Source of the DNA: Ruminococcus sp.
GTDB lineage: Bacteria; Bacillota; Clostridia; Oscillospirales; Acutalibacteraceae
Assembly (NCBI GenBank): GCA_051893995.1
Contig: JBJFHX010000161.1
Span: forward strand, 21,580 to 85,579
DNA: 64,000 nucleotides
Direction of reading: 5' to 3'
The stretch's first letter is position 1; every line of letters starts with the position of its first letter. The notes beneath the pieces are model-generated. The model was not told the origin of the DNA. It ran no database searches and worked only from the letters and a program-made list of their open reading frames with translations. A program made the translations under genes and the position numbers. Below are positions 19,913 to 30,194 of the stretch, in pieces.

Positions 19913-21990
19913 TGAAGCTGATTGATAAGTCAAAAAGAAAACTGAAAAAACTGAAAACACGTGCATTGATGAAAAGCCGTTTTATACTTGAAGGCTTTTA
20001 CAAATACGGCGACTGCGACAAAGGCTTTTTCCGCAAGAGTATTTACCTTTTATCGCTGTATTTTTCTGCGTTAATAAACGGTAAAGACAGGTCAAAACCG
20101 TATGTGTATGAACGCAAGAAATACACGATAAAGCCCTGCACAAGCGCACCCGAGTCCTCGTTTGCAAAGCGACCGTCATATACCCTTATGGCTAAAAATT
20201 TTCTTGTGAAAGACGTAATTTCCTTTGATGTTTTTGACACGCTTATCCTTCGTCCGTTTGACAATCCGAAGTCTGTTTTCTTTATTCTCGGCGAGCTTAA
20301 CAAGTGCCCCGGATTCAAGCGTTACAGAGAGCTTGCGGAAAAGCTTGCACGTAAAGAAGCGTTTGAAAAAACAGGCAGTTACGAGGTAACTCTGCGTGAT
20401 ATTTACGAAAAGCTCAACAGATTTGTGATTATCGACACCGAAAAAGCAATGCAGTACGAAATTGAAACGGAACTTAATCTTGTCTTTGCAAATCCTTATA
20501 TGCAGAACGTTTTTAAAGAGGCAAAGAATCTGAACAAAAAAGTCATTGCCGTATCGGATATGTATCTTCCCAAGGACGTAATTGAAAAGATGCTCAAAAA
20601 GTGCGGCTATGACGGTATTGACGAAATCATAGTTTCAAACGAATACGGAAAAAGCAAGCGCACAGGCGAACTTTTTGAAATCGTAAAGAGAAAGTACGGC
20701 GAAAACACACGCTACATTCACATCGGCGACAATTACGTTTCGGACAACCTTTCGGCTGAAAAAAGCGGTTTTACGCCTGTTTACTACAAAAACGTAAACG
20801 CAAGAGGAAACGCTCACAGAGCCTTTGATATGACTTCCCTTATCGGCTCTGCATATCGTGGAATTGTCAATTCAAAACTGCAAAACGGTGACAAAACCTA
20901 CTCACAGTATTATGAATACGGCTACACCTATGCAGGCTTTTTAACGCTCGGCTACTGCAACTTTATCCACGACTTTGTCAAGAATAATAATATTGAAAAA
21001 ATACTGTTTCTGTCCCGTGACGGTCATATTCTCAAAGCCATTTACGATAAGCTGTTTCCCGACGAAAAGACGGAATATGTTTACTGGTCACGCTCGGCGG
21101 CAACAAAGCTGACGGTCAAAAAGTTCAGAAATGAACTGCTTTTAAGATACATAAAATACAAAATTCCACGCAATATGACGCTTAAAAAAATACTTGCCGC
21201 AATGGACTTGCCGCAGATGCAAAAGCCGCTTGAACAATGCGGATTTATACCCGACACCATACTTACAAAGGAAAATTACGAGGACATAGTCAAGGTGTTT
21301 ACCGACAACTGGGACATTGTTTTAAAGAGGTTTGAGCGCAGTAACAAAGCGGCAGAGGAATATTACCGAAACGCTATCGGCAACAGCAAAAGTGCCTGTA
21401 TCGTCGACATAGGCTGGGCGGCAAGCGGATTTTCGGCACTGCGTTATCTTATCGAGGAAGAATGGCAGATTGACTGCAAGGTAACGGGACTTGTGGCAGG
21501 CTCAACCTATCTTCACGATATGGACATTATCGAAGCTCAGCTTACAAAAAACGTCATTTCCTCATATATGTTCTCACAGCGTGACAACCGTGAAATACGC
21601 CGTGACCACAACGTAAAACAGATGTACAGCGTGTTTACGGAAATTATGCTCAGTGCGCCCTCTCCCTCATTTATCGGCTTTGATTATGACGAAAACGGCG
21701 AAATAAAATATGAATTTGACTGTCCCGAAACCGAGGGTTACGAGATGATTGAGCAGATTCAGCAAGGCATAAAGGACTTTGTAAACGATTACACGACTGC
21801 GTTCAGGGACTATCCGTTTATGTGCAACATTTCGGGAAGCGACGCATACGCAGTCTGCCGTCAGGTTATTTCCTGCCCCGAATATTTTAAAAATCTTTTT
21901 GCCGATTATCCCGTCAACCGAGCCGTAGGTTCTGCGTCTTACGAAATGGGAACGCTCGGCAAGCTTATTGAAAATGAATTTGTAAAGTGA
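19912..21990 (+). CDS. HAD phosphatase + phosphoribosyltransferase-fold protein, putative PRPP-dependent ribofuranosyltransferase
   Basis: HAD motifs SFDVFDT, VSDMY, K, HIGDNYVSD; C-terminal FLSRDG and VDIGWAAS (PRPP-loop-like). Confidence 0.7.
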   Translation: MKLIDKSKRKLKKLKTRALMKSRFILEGFYKYGDCDKGFFRKSIYLLSLYFSALINGKDRSKPYVYERKKYTIKPCTSAPESSFAKRPSYTLMAKNFLVKDVISFDVFDTLILRPFDNPKSVFFILGELNKCPGFKRYRELAEKLARKEAFEKTGSYEVTLRDIYEKLNRFVIIDTEKAMQYEIETELNLVFANPYMQNVFKEAKNLNKKVIAVSDMYLPKDVIEKMLKKCGYDGIDEIIVSNEYGKSKRTGELFEIVKRKYGENTRYIHIGDNYVSDNLSAEKSGFTPVYYKNVNARGNAHRAFDMTSLIGSAYRGIVNSKLQNGDKTYSQYYEYGYTYAGFLTLGYCNFIHDFVKNNNIEKILFLSRDGHILKAIYDKLFPDEKTEYVYWSRSAATKLTVKKFRNELLLRYIKYKIPRNMTLKKILAAMDLPQMQKPLEQCGFIPDTILTKENYEDIVKVFTDNWDIVLKRFERSNKAAEEYYRNAIGNSKSACIVDIGWAASGFSALRYLIEEEWQIDCKVTGLVAGSTYLHDMDIIEAQLTKNVISSYMFSQRDNREIRRDHNVKQMYSVFTEIMLSAPSPSFIGFDYDENGEIKYEFDCPETEGYEMIEQIQQGIKDFVNDYTTAFRDYPFMCNISGSDAYAVCRQVISCPEYFKNLFADYPVNRAVGSASYEMGTLGKLIENEFVK

Positions 21991-23609
21991 GATTAAAAAT
22001 GATTTTATATTACGCACTTACCACCTATCACATTCAATGCTGTGTTCTGCACAGGCTGACAAAAAAGTCGGATGAAAAGGCTGTTCTACTCCTTTCGGAC
22101 ATTCACAAAAACTCGGTTGCATTTTTGTCACGCTACAGAGAATCGGGAATTTTTGACGAGGTGTTTCTGCTTGAAGAATCAAATGTGAACAGCACCTCAA
22201 GGCAAAACGAGGCAAAGCACCGTTCAAAGCGTTTTATACTCAATTCAGCTTGCAGAGGTATCAAAAAGATACTTCCTGTTGACGTTGAAAAGATGGACGA
22301 GGTTTATCTCTGCCCCGACCATTTTCCTTTCGGCTGGTACATAATCAAGAATAAAATCAAATATCACTGCTTTGAAGAGGGCTGCGGAGTGTTGTCCGAC
22401 AACGAATTTATGCTCTCTAATATGAAACGCAACAAGGCGCAGTACAAGCTTATGGACGTGCTCGGCTACTTCGGCAACAACGACAGCGCCGTTGAAATTC
22501 TCGCCGACGAAATGTGCCAGAAGGACGGCTATTACAATTCAAAAATGACCGATTTTTCCGTGACAAGAATTTTAAAATCAATGTCCCAAAATCAGCGAAA
22601 GCGTGTGCTTTCCTTTTTCGGAGTAAACGGAGCTGTCGGTGAAAACGGAGCAAAAAACAGCCTAATATTAACCCAGCATATGGCTAATCTCGGGATTATG
22701 CCGCTTGAAGACCAGCACCTGCTTTACAAGCTTTTTGCCGACTATTTTCTTGAGGATACGCACATTACAGTAAAGCCTCACCCCGACGATATTGCAGGGC
22801 GTTACAATGAGATTTTCGGCGAAAGCGCAACTGTACTGCCGTTTGCAATGCCCTCCGAGCTTTTGCCGTACACGCTTTGCGGCAAGCTGAAAGTTGCAAT
22901 AGCCGCATATTCCACTGCGGTAAAATCTCTCGGCAGTTACAGCGACAGAATAATCTGCTTTGACAACCGCATTATGGAAGATTTCAGACATCTCCACCGT
23001 TATTTTGCGGCTCTTCTGCTGACATCTGCACTGTACGACGGCAAAGACAAAATTATGACAAACGCAAACGAAATGCTGTTTAAGGAATTAAGCCAAAGTG
23101 AAAGGCTGTATCTGAAATTTAAGTACGACAGCAAGCTTAACGACCTTGAAAATGCCGTTATCATCTCGGACAATCTGCCCGACTCAAGAGATGTTGAGAG
23201 CATCTGCAACTATCTTGTTTCAAAGCAGAACAAGGAATTTATAATTTTTCTCAACGAACATAACCGACACGTTTATTTTGACGGGGTGCATACCGACGTT
23301 TTCAGACATATCCGCCCGATATTCATTGATATATCAGACAAGAACGGCAGCAAAACAAGCGAGGTGATTTATTTGTATTCAACCGATGAAAAAATACTAT
23401 CCGCCGCTGAAAAATTCCGGCAGAAAAAGGAGCTGAAATACACGGGAGTTACACTTGACATTCACTCAATTTCACGCAGTGACAGCGAAAAAATAAGAAT
23501 GCTTGAGGGCGTTTTAGAGGCTACAGAGGTAAGACTTAAGGAATACATTGCAAACAAAAAACAGCTTGACGAGATAATCGCCGGGCAGAGAAAGAGAAAG
23601 CACAAATGA
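21987..23609 (+). CDS. Second CMP-ulosonate (sialyltransferase-like) glycosyltransferase
   Basis: TTYH, FEEG, KPHPDD, PSELL, YSTA motifs; paralogous to 16121..17641; C-terminal coiled coil. Confidence 0.75.
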   Translation: MRLKMILYYALTTYHIQCCVLHRLTKKSDEKAVLLLSDIHKNSVAFLSRYRESGIFDEVFLLEESNVNSTSRQNEAKHRSKRFILNSACRGIKKILPVDVEKMDEVYLCPDHFPFGWYIIKNKIKYHCFEEGCGVLSDNEFMLSNMKRNKAQYKLMDVLGYFGNNDSAVEILADEMCQKDGYYNSKMTDFSVTRILKSMSQNQRKRVLSFFGVNGAVGENGAKNSLILTQHMANLGIMPLEDQHLLYKLFADYFLEDTHITVKPHPDDIAGRYNEIFGESATVLPFAMPSELLPYTLCGKLKVAIAAYSTAVKSLGSYSDRIICFDNRIMEDFRHLHRYFAALLLTSALYDGKDKIMTNANEMLFKELSQSERLYLKFKYDSKLNDLENAVIISDNLPDSRDVESICNYLVSKQNKEFIIFLNEHNRHVYFDGVHTDVFRHIRPIFIDISDKNGSKTSEVIYLYSTDEKILSAAEKFRQKKELKYTGVTLDIHSISRSDSEKIRMLEGVLEATEVRLKEYIANKKQLDEIIAGQRKRKHK

Positions 23610-24262
23610 AAAAACTTATAATATTTGACTTGGACGGTACTTTGCTTGACACCTCCGAGGGAATAATGCACTGCTACCGCAAAACAGGAGAATTTCTGAA
23701 TTTACAGGAAAACACAATAGAAAATAAAAAATGCGTAATCGGCGGACCTCTTAAGGACGGTTTTCAGCGGTTGTATAAAATTGACTCCGAAAATCAGCTT
23801 GAAGAAGCAATTGCGACCTACCGCTCGCATTATCAGAGCGAGGGAATCGAAATGTTCTGTACTTACCAAGGAATCGAGGAGCTATTGAAAAATCTGAAAG
23901 AAAACGGTTATCTGCTTGCAGTAGCCACGCTTAAGGCAGAGAGTTACGCAAAACAGATGCTTAAAAGTGCAGGACTTTCAGAATACTTTGACGTTATTCA
24001 CGGCTGGGACGGCACTGACAGCTGTACAAAAGCCTACATTATTACAAAGGTGATTTTCACTCTGAACATGATTTCATCTGAGGCAATTCTGGTGGGCGAT
24101 TCCGAATACGACGCATACGGAGCAGTTGCGGCAGAAGTTGATTTTCTCGGTGTAAGTTACGGCTTTGGGATTAAAAAAGGTGAAAGCAAAAGTCAGCTAT
24201 TCCCTATTGTAGACTCTCCCGAAGATGTTCTGGATTACATAATAAACTCCGCCTGCGATTAA
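23606..24262 (+). CDS. HAD-superfamily phosphatase (Gph-like)
   Basis: FDLDGTLLD, ATLK, VGDSEYD motifs. Confidence 0.85.
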   Translation: MKKLIIFDLDGTLLDTSEGIMHCYRKTGEFLNLQENTIENKKCVIGGPLKDGFQRLYKIDSENQLEEAIATYRSHYQSEGIEMFCTYQGIEELLKNLKENGYLLAVATLKAESYAKQMLKSAGLSEYFDVIHGWDGTDSCTKAYIITKVIFTLNMISSEAILVGDSEYDAYGAVAAEVDFLGVSYGFGIKKGESKSQLFPIVDSPEDVLDYIINSACD

Positions 24263-24302
24263 ATTAGAAAATTTATATTGTTAAAATACCATATATACTT
24301 AG

Positions 24303-24338
24303 AGGGTTCGGAAACTAAAAATCCGAACCCTTTCCTTT
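24303..24338 (+). terminator. Rho-independent terminator of the glycan operon
   Basis: agggttcgga/tccgaaccct hairpin followed by a T-rich tract. Confidence 0.7.
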
Positions 24339-24355
24339 GTTTACAGCATAGCAAA
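24332..24355 (+). repeat. 24-bp imperfect direct repeat, left copy (right copy 29518..29541)
   Basis: ttcctttgtttacagcatagcaaa vs tttctttgattacggcatagcaaa, 21/24 identical by hand alignment. Confidence 0.55.
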
Positions 24356-24415
24356 AAACACTATATTTGTGAGTATTATTTCTCAAGCCCAATATCCTTT
24401 ATTTCCGGTTAATTA

Positions 24416-24433
24416 ATGTGACAAAAGTCATAT
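24416..24433. promoter_or_regulatory. Putative NarL/LuxR response-regulator binding site
   Basis: 7-4-7 inverted repeat ATGTGAC-aaaa-GTCATAT upstream of the ABC operon, which ends in a NarL-type regulator. Confidence 0.5.
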
Positions 24434-24514
24434 TGATTTTATTTCTAAATTCACTTTCAGATATTTCTGTCGGATGTTAAAATGTAATTACAGAATTTGA
24501 AGGAGAGAGTTTTT

Positions 24515-25294
24515 ATGGAAAACAAAACTATATTAAAGCTTGACGGCTTGAGCAAAAAATTCGGCAATAAAACAGTAGTTGACCATATTTCGCTTGAAAT
24601 AAAGGAAGGTGAGATTTTTGGTCTGCTGGGTCCTAATGGAGCAGGCAAAAGCACTACGCTTAATATGATTTGCTCACTTCTTAAGCCTACCTCCGGAAAT
24701 ATTGAAATTTTCGGAATGAATGCTTCAAGCAATATGAGGAAAATCAAAAAGAAGATAGGATATATTCCTCAGGAGCTTGCAATTCACGGTAATCTGAAGG
24801 CTTGGGAAAATGCAGAGCTTTTCACGTCATTGTACGGAATAAAGGGTAAGGAATTAAAGTCGGCAATAGATGAGTCTTTGGAATTTGTAGGCTTACTTGA
24901 TAAGAAAAATAACTATGCCAAGAATTTTTCGGGAGGAATGAAACGCCGTTTAAACATAGCCTGTGCAATCGGTCACAAGCCTGAGCTTATGATATTTGAC
25001 GAGCCTACGGTTGGTATTGACCCTCAGTCAAGAAACTTTATTCTTGAAAAAATCAAAACCGCCAACAAGAACGGTGCAACAATAATATACACCAGTCATT
25101 ATATGGAAGAGGTTGAAGCAATCTGCACCAGAATTGCAATAATGGATAACGGCAGAATAATTGCAGTTGGCACAAGAGAAGAGCTTGTAAGGCTGGTTAC
25201 ATCAGAACCCGACAGCAATATTTCACTTGAGGAAGTGTTCCTTACTCTTACAGGCAAAAAGCTTCGTGATTATGCAGGAGGCGATTACCTGTGA
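24515..25294 (+). CDS. ABC transporter ATP-binding protein (ABC-2/LnrL-like exporter)
   Basis: GPNGAGKS, FSGGMKRRLNIA, DEPTVGIDPQSR, YTSHYMEE. Confidence 0.92.
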   Translation: MENKTILKLDGLSKKFGNKTVVDHISLEIKEGEIFGLLGPNGAGKSTTLNMICSLLKPTSGNIEIFGMNASSNMRKIKKKIGYIPQELAIHGNLKAWENAELFTSLYGIKGKELKSAIDESLEFVGLLDKKNNYAKNFSGGMKRRLNIACAIGHKPELMIFDEPTVGIDPQSRNFILEKIKTANKNGATIIYTSHYMEEVEAICTRIAIMDNGRIIAVGTREELVRLVTSEPDSNISLEEVFLTLTGKKLRDYAGGDYL

Positions 25295-26337
25295 TAATGA
25301 TTAAAAACAATCTGAAATTAATGCTGAGATGCAAGGCTATTATTCTCGTTGTACTGATTATGGTAGTGGTAACCGGACTTCTGTCATCAGTATTCAAGGA
25401 AATGATGACTGATGATTTTGAAATCAAAAACTGTACCGCAGGCTTTAGCTTTAGCAAGGATTGCAGATTTGAACCGGCTAAGGACATAATCAAAAGTGTT
25501 CTTGATGAAAACGGGATTGAGGCTGTTTATTATGAGGATAAATCAGGTGACAGTCCGGTAAAGGAAGGCACTGCCGATATTTTTGTTGAGATTACAAACG
25601 ACGGATGTACTGTGTATTCTGATGAGGATTATACTAACGAAAGCGGCATTGTAAAGATGATAGTATATTCGATTATTTCTAACACATTGGGAACACAGAC
25701 AAAGGATTATACAAATCAGTATGAGATAAAGGTTGACCCGATGCCTGATTCACAGCTTTATTATACAATTGCATATACTGTATATTTCATATGGTGTGCA
25801 ATGATTGTATTGGGAGTTGTAATGTCAAGTGAACGAAAGAATAAAATCGGCTTGAGATTCAGAAGCTCGCCTGTTTCTGCATTCAGAATATATCTTTCAA
25901 GGTTTGTGCCGACAAGCATAGTAATTGCTTTGCTGATAGGAATCTCAGTCGCAATCTGCACACCGCTTTATTCAATAAGCTGGCAGACTCCGATGTTGTC
26001 ATTTTTCATTATGTTCCTCGGTTGCATAGCCTCAGCTGCTGTAGGTACGGTAATATTCAGCCTGGTAAGGAATGTCATTGTTTCAATAGCCTTGATATAT
26101 TGCCTTGCAATGTACTGGGGATTTTTCGGCGGAGCATTTGCAAGCTACTTTATGGCGTCATATGCCGACGGACTCAGGGACACCTCCCCGATTTATTTTA
26201 TGATTCGTTCCCTGGCAGAGCTTAACACTATGGGACAAAGTGATTATACCTTCACGACTATACTTATTTTATGTGCAATTATTGCAGTGTGCATTCCTCT
26301 TGGAATAATTGCCGTTAAGGTCAGAAAGGAGAGATAA
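25291..26337 (+). CDS. ABC-2 transporter permease
   Basis: N-terminal TM, extracellular loop, ER motif, five C-terminal TMs. Confidence 0.85.
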   Translation: MIMIKNNLKLMLRCKAIILVVLIMVVVTGLLSSVFKEMMTDDFEIKNCTAGFSFSKDCRFEPAKDIIKSVLDENGIEAVYYEDKSGDSPVKEGTADIFVEITNDGCTVYSDEDYTNESGIVKMIVYSIISNTLGTQTKDYTNQYEIKVDPMPDSQLYYTIAYTVYFIWCAMIVLGVVMSSERKNKIGLRFRSSPVSAFRIYLSRFVPTSIVIALLIGISVAICTPLYSISWQTPMLSFFIMFLGCIASAAVGTVIFSLVRNVIVSIALIYCLAMYWGFFGGAFASYFMASYADGLRDTSPIYFMIRSLAELNTMGQSDYTFTTILILCAIIAVCIPLGIIAVKVRKER

Positions 26338-26341
26338 CCGT

Positions 26342-27598
26342 ATGAGTGTGCTGCTTAAAATGGTGAAAACCAACTTTAAACTGCTTATGCGAAATATAGG
26401 TTTTATTATCTGCGTTTTGTTAATACCGATAGGTGCGGCGTCAATTCTTATGATACAGCAAACCGGTGGCAATACCAATGAAACAGAAACACAGATTGTT
26501 GAAATAGAGGAAAACGCATCAATAATGTCAGCGTCGCTTTCTTCTATGTTTGACAAGGTAAGTGTTGTTGTTATAGATGCGTCACAGGATGAAATTTCGG
26601 AAATGTTTTTGAATTCTCTTTCACAGGAAAATATCTGCGGAATTTACAGATATAAAACACCCGAGCTTACAAAAGAAGAAATTGATAAGCTTGCAAAAAG
26701 CTACTATGAAAGAGGTACGGTAACAGCGGTTGTCTATATTCCTGCTGATTTTGGAAAGATGATTACTGAAAAAGGCTCTCCAAGGGTTGACGTCATAAAG
26801 GGACGGGACGACGACCGCATAGAGCTTGTAAACAGCATTATCAATCAGAATATTTCCGTTATGCTCCAATGCGCATTAAATGCAGAGAACGATAACGCTT
26901 TTATAAATTCGGTAGAAGAAGCGTTTAGCAATATGCCGGAGGTAAAAAGCGTTATAGCCGGAAACGATAACGAAACACTCACTGTAAAACAGGCAAACAG
27001 TCTTTCAAACATAGGCTACTCAATTGCAGTATTATCCCTTGCGTTCATACTTACAGGCTGTTTTATTGCAAATCTTATAATATCGGAAAGAGATAACAAA
27101 ACGCTGATGCGTATTGAAATGTCAGGTTCATCAATGATGAATTATATATTTGCAAAAGCAATCACCGCAGTATTTGTATCACTGATTCAGGCAGGAATAA
27201 CAGCCCTGACGATTTTATTGCTGATAGGAACAGACATGGGAATTCCTTTTATGTCATTCATAATGTTTATTGCGGTAATCGGAGTAATATTCAATCTGTT
27301 CTGCGTGATAATGGCTATGTTCAGCAAAAATATACTCGGTGTGGTTTATGTATCCTTCGGAGTATGGATTTTTACAAATATTCTTTCAAAGGTTTACTTT
27401 AACTTCGGAACATTGCCTGACTGGATGGATAAGCTTTCTATGCTCACTCCTCAGAGGTGGGTTATGATATGCTCGGAAATGCTTATGAAAAATCAGAGCG
27501 GAGTTTATTTAATATTCTTTACTGCGTCGGCGGCATTTCTTATACTCATTATAACTGCCGGATTTATAGGTGCCAAATTACAGAAATCAGAAAAATAA
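26342..27598 (+). CDS. ABC-2 transporter permease
   Basis: Same topology; SERDNKTLMRI and LTPQRW motifs. Confidence 0.85.
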   Translation: MSVLLKMVKTNFKLLMRNIGFIICVLLIPIGAASILMIQQTGGNTNETETQIVEIEENASIMSASLSSMFDKVSVVVIDASQDEISEMFLNSLSQENICGIYRYKTPELTKEEIDKLAKSYYERGTVTAVVYIPADFGKMITEKGSPRVDVIKGRDDDRIELVNSIINQNISVMLQCALNAENDNAFINSVEEAFSNMPEVKSVIAGNDNETLTVKQANSLSNIGYSIAVLSLAFILTGCFIANLIISERDNKTLMRIEMSGSSMMNYIFAKAITAVFVSLIQAGITALTILLLIGTDMGIPFMSFIMFIAVIGVIFNLFCVIMAMFSKNILGVVYVSFGVWIFTNILSKVYFNFGTLPDWMDKLSMLTPQRWVMICSEMLMKNQSGVYLIFFTASAAFLILIITAGFIGAKLQKSEK

Positions 27599-27603
27599 AA
27601 TCA

Positions 27604-27632
27604 AGGCAGCGTCTGTATTACAGGTGCTGCCT
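27604..27632 (+). terminator. Hairpin after the permeases
   Basis: aggcagcgtctgta/tacaggtgctgcct imperfect stem. Confidence 0.45.
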
Positions 27633-27717
27633 AAAGGTCTTTTGTTCAGGAATATTTAGTGACAAAAAATGTGTTGTGTGATAGAATTTAAAAAGTGCAA
27701 TTTAATTTTGAGGAGTT

Positions 27718-28866
27718 ATGGTTTTGGATAACGAAAACGGAAAATTCGGAATTAATATAAAAAAGGATTATTTTATAGGCGTAAAGTTCGGTTATGCCCT
27801 GCTGATGACAGCATACATAATGCTTCAGAACAAGCTGAGCTTTTATGATTCAGCCGAAATATTTATAGTATCAGCTGTTTGTGCCGCCGTAATGAGCCTT
27901 TATGAAATTTTAAATAAAAAGCTGTTTTTGATTGTATCTGAATGGCTTGCGGTAACAGCAGGTATATTTTTCTTTTCAAGCGGATTTATTATGTTGCTGC
28001 CTGTAGTGATTTCCGATACTATAACAAGATTCAATATGCCTTTGTATTCTCTGCTTTCATCACTTGCCTGCATAATTTTTACAGATGATAAATATATGAT
28101 GATTGTGCTGTGTCTGCTGACATCAGTGATATATTACCAGCATTACGGATTGATAACAAGCTACCGCAAATCCAATGAGGACTATGAACAGCAGGAGTTA
28201 CAGCTGAAAAACTCTATTGACATTAACTCTGAGAAATTTAAAAACGAAATCAAAAGAACAAACCTTTACTATGAAAATATGATGCTTCAGGACAAGGCAA
28301 GACTTTCACAGGAGCTGCACGACAAGCTCGGACACAGAGTAAACGGCTCGATATATCAGCTTGAGGCTTGCAGACTGATAATTTCATCAGACCCTGAAAA
28401 GTCAGAGGAAATACTGAAAAGAGTTATTGACAGCCTGCGTACAGGAATGGACGACATCAGAGTATTGCTCAGGAACGAACGGCCTGACAGCAAGAGAGTA
28501 ACGCTGTTGCAGCTTACGTCCCTATGCAATGACTGTCGTGAGCAATATGGAATTACTGCAAACTTAAGTGTAACGGGTGAGAGTGACAGAATTGATGAGA
28601 AAAGCTGGAGAATAATTCTTGACAACTGCTGTGAGGCTGTTACAAATTCGTTGAAATATTCCTCCTGCGACAGGATAGATATTGAAATATCCGTGCTGAA
28701 TAAGTTATTGCGATGCTGTATAAGCGACAACGGCAAGGGCTGTGACAGCATAACTGACGGTATGGGATTACAGGGAATGAAACAGCGAATTGCATCCGTC
28801 GGAGGAATAATTAATATTGACGGGACAAGCGGATTTACAATTAATATGCTTATCCCGATAGATTAG
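27718..28866 (+). CDS. Membrane sensor histidine kinase (HisKA_3)
   Basis: RLSQELHDKLGH, EAVTNSLKY, DNGKG, GMGLQGM; N-terminal TMs. Confidence 0.92.
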   Translation: MVLDNENGKFGINIKKDYFIGVKFGYALLMTAYIMLQNKLSFYDSAEIFIVSAVCAAVMSLYEILNKKLFLIVSEWLAVTAGIFFFSSGFIMLLPVVISDTITRFNMPLYSLLSSLACIIFTDDKYMMIVLCLLTSVIYYQHYGLITSYRKSNEDYEQQELQLKNSIDINSEKFKNEIKRTNLYYENMMLQDKARLSQELHDKLGHRVNGSIYQLEACRLIISSDPEKSEEILKRVIDSLRTGMDDIRVLLRNERPDSKRVTLLQLTSLCNDCREQYGITANLSVTGESDRIDEKSWRIILDNCCEAVTNSLKYSSCDRIDIEISVLNKLLRCCISDNGKGCDSITDGMGLQGMKQRIASVGGIINIDGTSGFTINMLIPID

Positions 28867-28879
28867 AGGAGGAATAAAA

Positions 28880-29503
28880 GTGGCAATAAAAGTTATAATT
28901 TCAGATGACAGCGATTTTGTCCGTGAGGGAATGAGCATAATTTTAGGAGTTGACAGCGATTTTGAAGTGATGGGATGTGCTGAAAACGGAAAGGAATGTG
29001 TAAGACTTGCCCGAGAAAAACAGGCTGATGTAATACTTATGGATATTCAGATGCCTGAAATGGACGGAATTAAAGCTACTAAAATCATAACCGAGGAAAA
29101 CCTGGGAAAGGTGCTCATCCTCACAACCTTTGACGATTATGATTTGGTGCAGGAGGCAATCGTCAACGGTGCAAAAGGGTATCTGATTAAAAATCATACT
29201 CCCGAAAAGCTCAAGCAGACTATAAAATCCGTGTATAACGGGATTAATGTGCTTGACGAAAGCGTGTTTAAAAAAATGGGAACACAGCCCCATAAAAGCG
29301 ATAAGTTTGATTCAACGCCCTATTCAAAGCGTGAGCTTGAAATTATTGAGGCGGTTGCCGACGGCCTTTCAAATAAAGAGATAGCCTCCAGACTTTTTCT
29401 CAGCGAGGGCACAGTCAAGAATCATATCAGCAACATTCTTGAAAAAGGAGAAATGGAACACCGAACTCAGCTTGCAATTTACTACCTCACAGGCAAAAAG
29501 TAG
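28880..29503 (+). CDS. NarL/LuxR-family response regulator
   Basis: Receiver DD..LMDIQMP..LTTFD; HTH GLSNKEIA..LSEGTVKNH. Confidence 0.93.
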   Translation: MAIKVIISDDSDFVREGMSIILGVDSDFEVMGCAENGKECVRLAREKQADVILMDIQMPEMDGIKATKIITEENLGKVLILTTFDDYDLVQEAIVNGAKGYLIKNHTPEKLKQTIKSVYNGINVLDESVFKKMGTQPHKSDKFDSTPYSKRELEIIEAVADGLSNKEIASRLFLSEGTVKNHISNILEKGEMEHRTQLAIYYLTGKK

Positions 29504-29517
29504 GTGGCAGACATTCT

Positions 29518-29541
29518 TTTCTTTGATTACGGCATAGCAAA
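29518..29541 (+). repeat. 24-bp imperfect direct repeat, right copy
   Basis: Matches 24332..24355 at 21/24 positions. Confidence 0.55.
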
Positions 29542-29546
29542 TTTTA

Positions 29547-29585
29547 ACATCGGATTTGAAGTGAATTTCAAGTCCGATGTTTTTT
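29547..29585. terminator. Terminator between the response regulator and the integrase remnant
   Basis: aacatcggatttgaa/ttcaagtccgatgtt stem with a T tract. Confidence 0.7.
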
Positions 29586-29589
29586 CGCC

Positions 29590-30030
29590 TTACAATTCAA
29601 ACCCATCCGTTATCCCATTTAGCTTTGTTAAATCTCTTTTGACATAATACAGTTCGGTGATTTCAGAAGTTGAATGTCTGAGCAAATCTGCAACCTGTCT
29701 TAGAGTTAAGGATTTTATTGTTCCGTCAGGTTGCTTTATGCCGTTTACGAGGTTTGTTGCGAAGGTATGACGGAGCGAGTGCAAGCCTTTGGTTTCTATT
29801 CCTGCGGCTTTGAGGATTCTGTAATAGCGTTTGCGGAAATTTACCGGTCGGGTGAAGTTGCCGTTTTCATCGGGTATCAGCGGTGAGACCTCTCCGAAGT
29901 AGAATTCTTTTCTCAGGTCAAGTATCATTTCGATTGCAGTATCGTTCAGCGGAACATCTCGTTTGCTCGTAGCGCTTTTGAGCTTGCCGACTTTTACTTC
30001 TCGTCCTTTTTCTGCTGTGTCAGATACCTG
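29590..30030 (-). pseudogene. Tyrosine recombinase/integrase C-terminal remnant
   Basis: KSATSKRDVPL, GLHSLRHTFAT, VADLLRHS (LGH altered), ITELYY. Only ~145 aa; N-terminal domains and the first catalytic Arg are missing. Confidence 0.8.
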
Positions 30031-30194
30031 AAATATGCACTTTCTTAACCGTAATATAGCTACGGATTTAGCATAAAGGTTGAACAGAAATAAACTACAG
30101 ATTTTGTTCCAAAGCATGTTAGATTCAGCGGAAAGATTCAACAGCAACAATATTGTCATCATCAAAATTATTGATAAAATCAGAAAAAATCCTG

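Noticed and set aside
30031-30165. N-terminal extension of the 191-aa integrase ORF in the track
   Set aside because: No RBS and no integrase-like sequence; chance open frame fused to the remnant.
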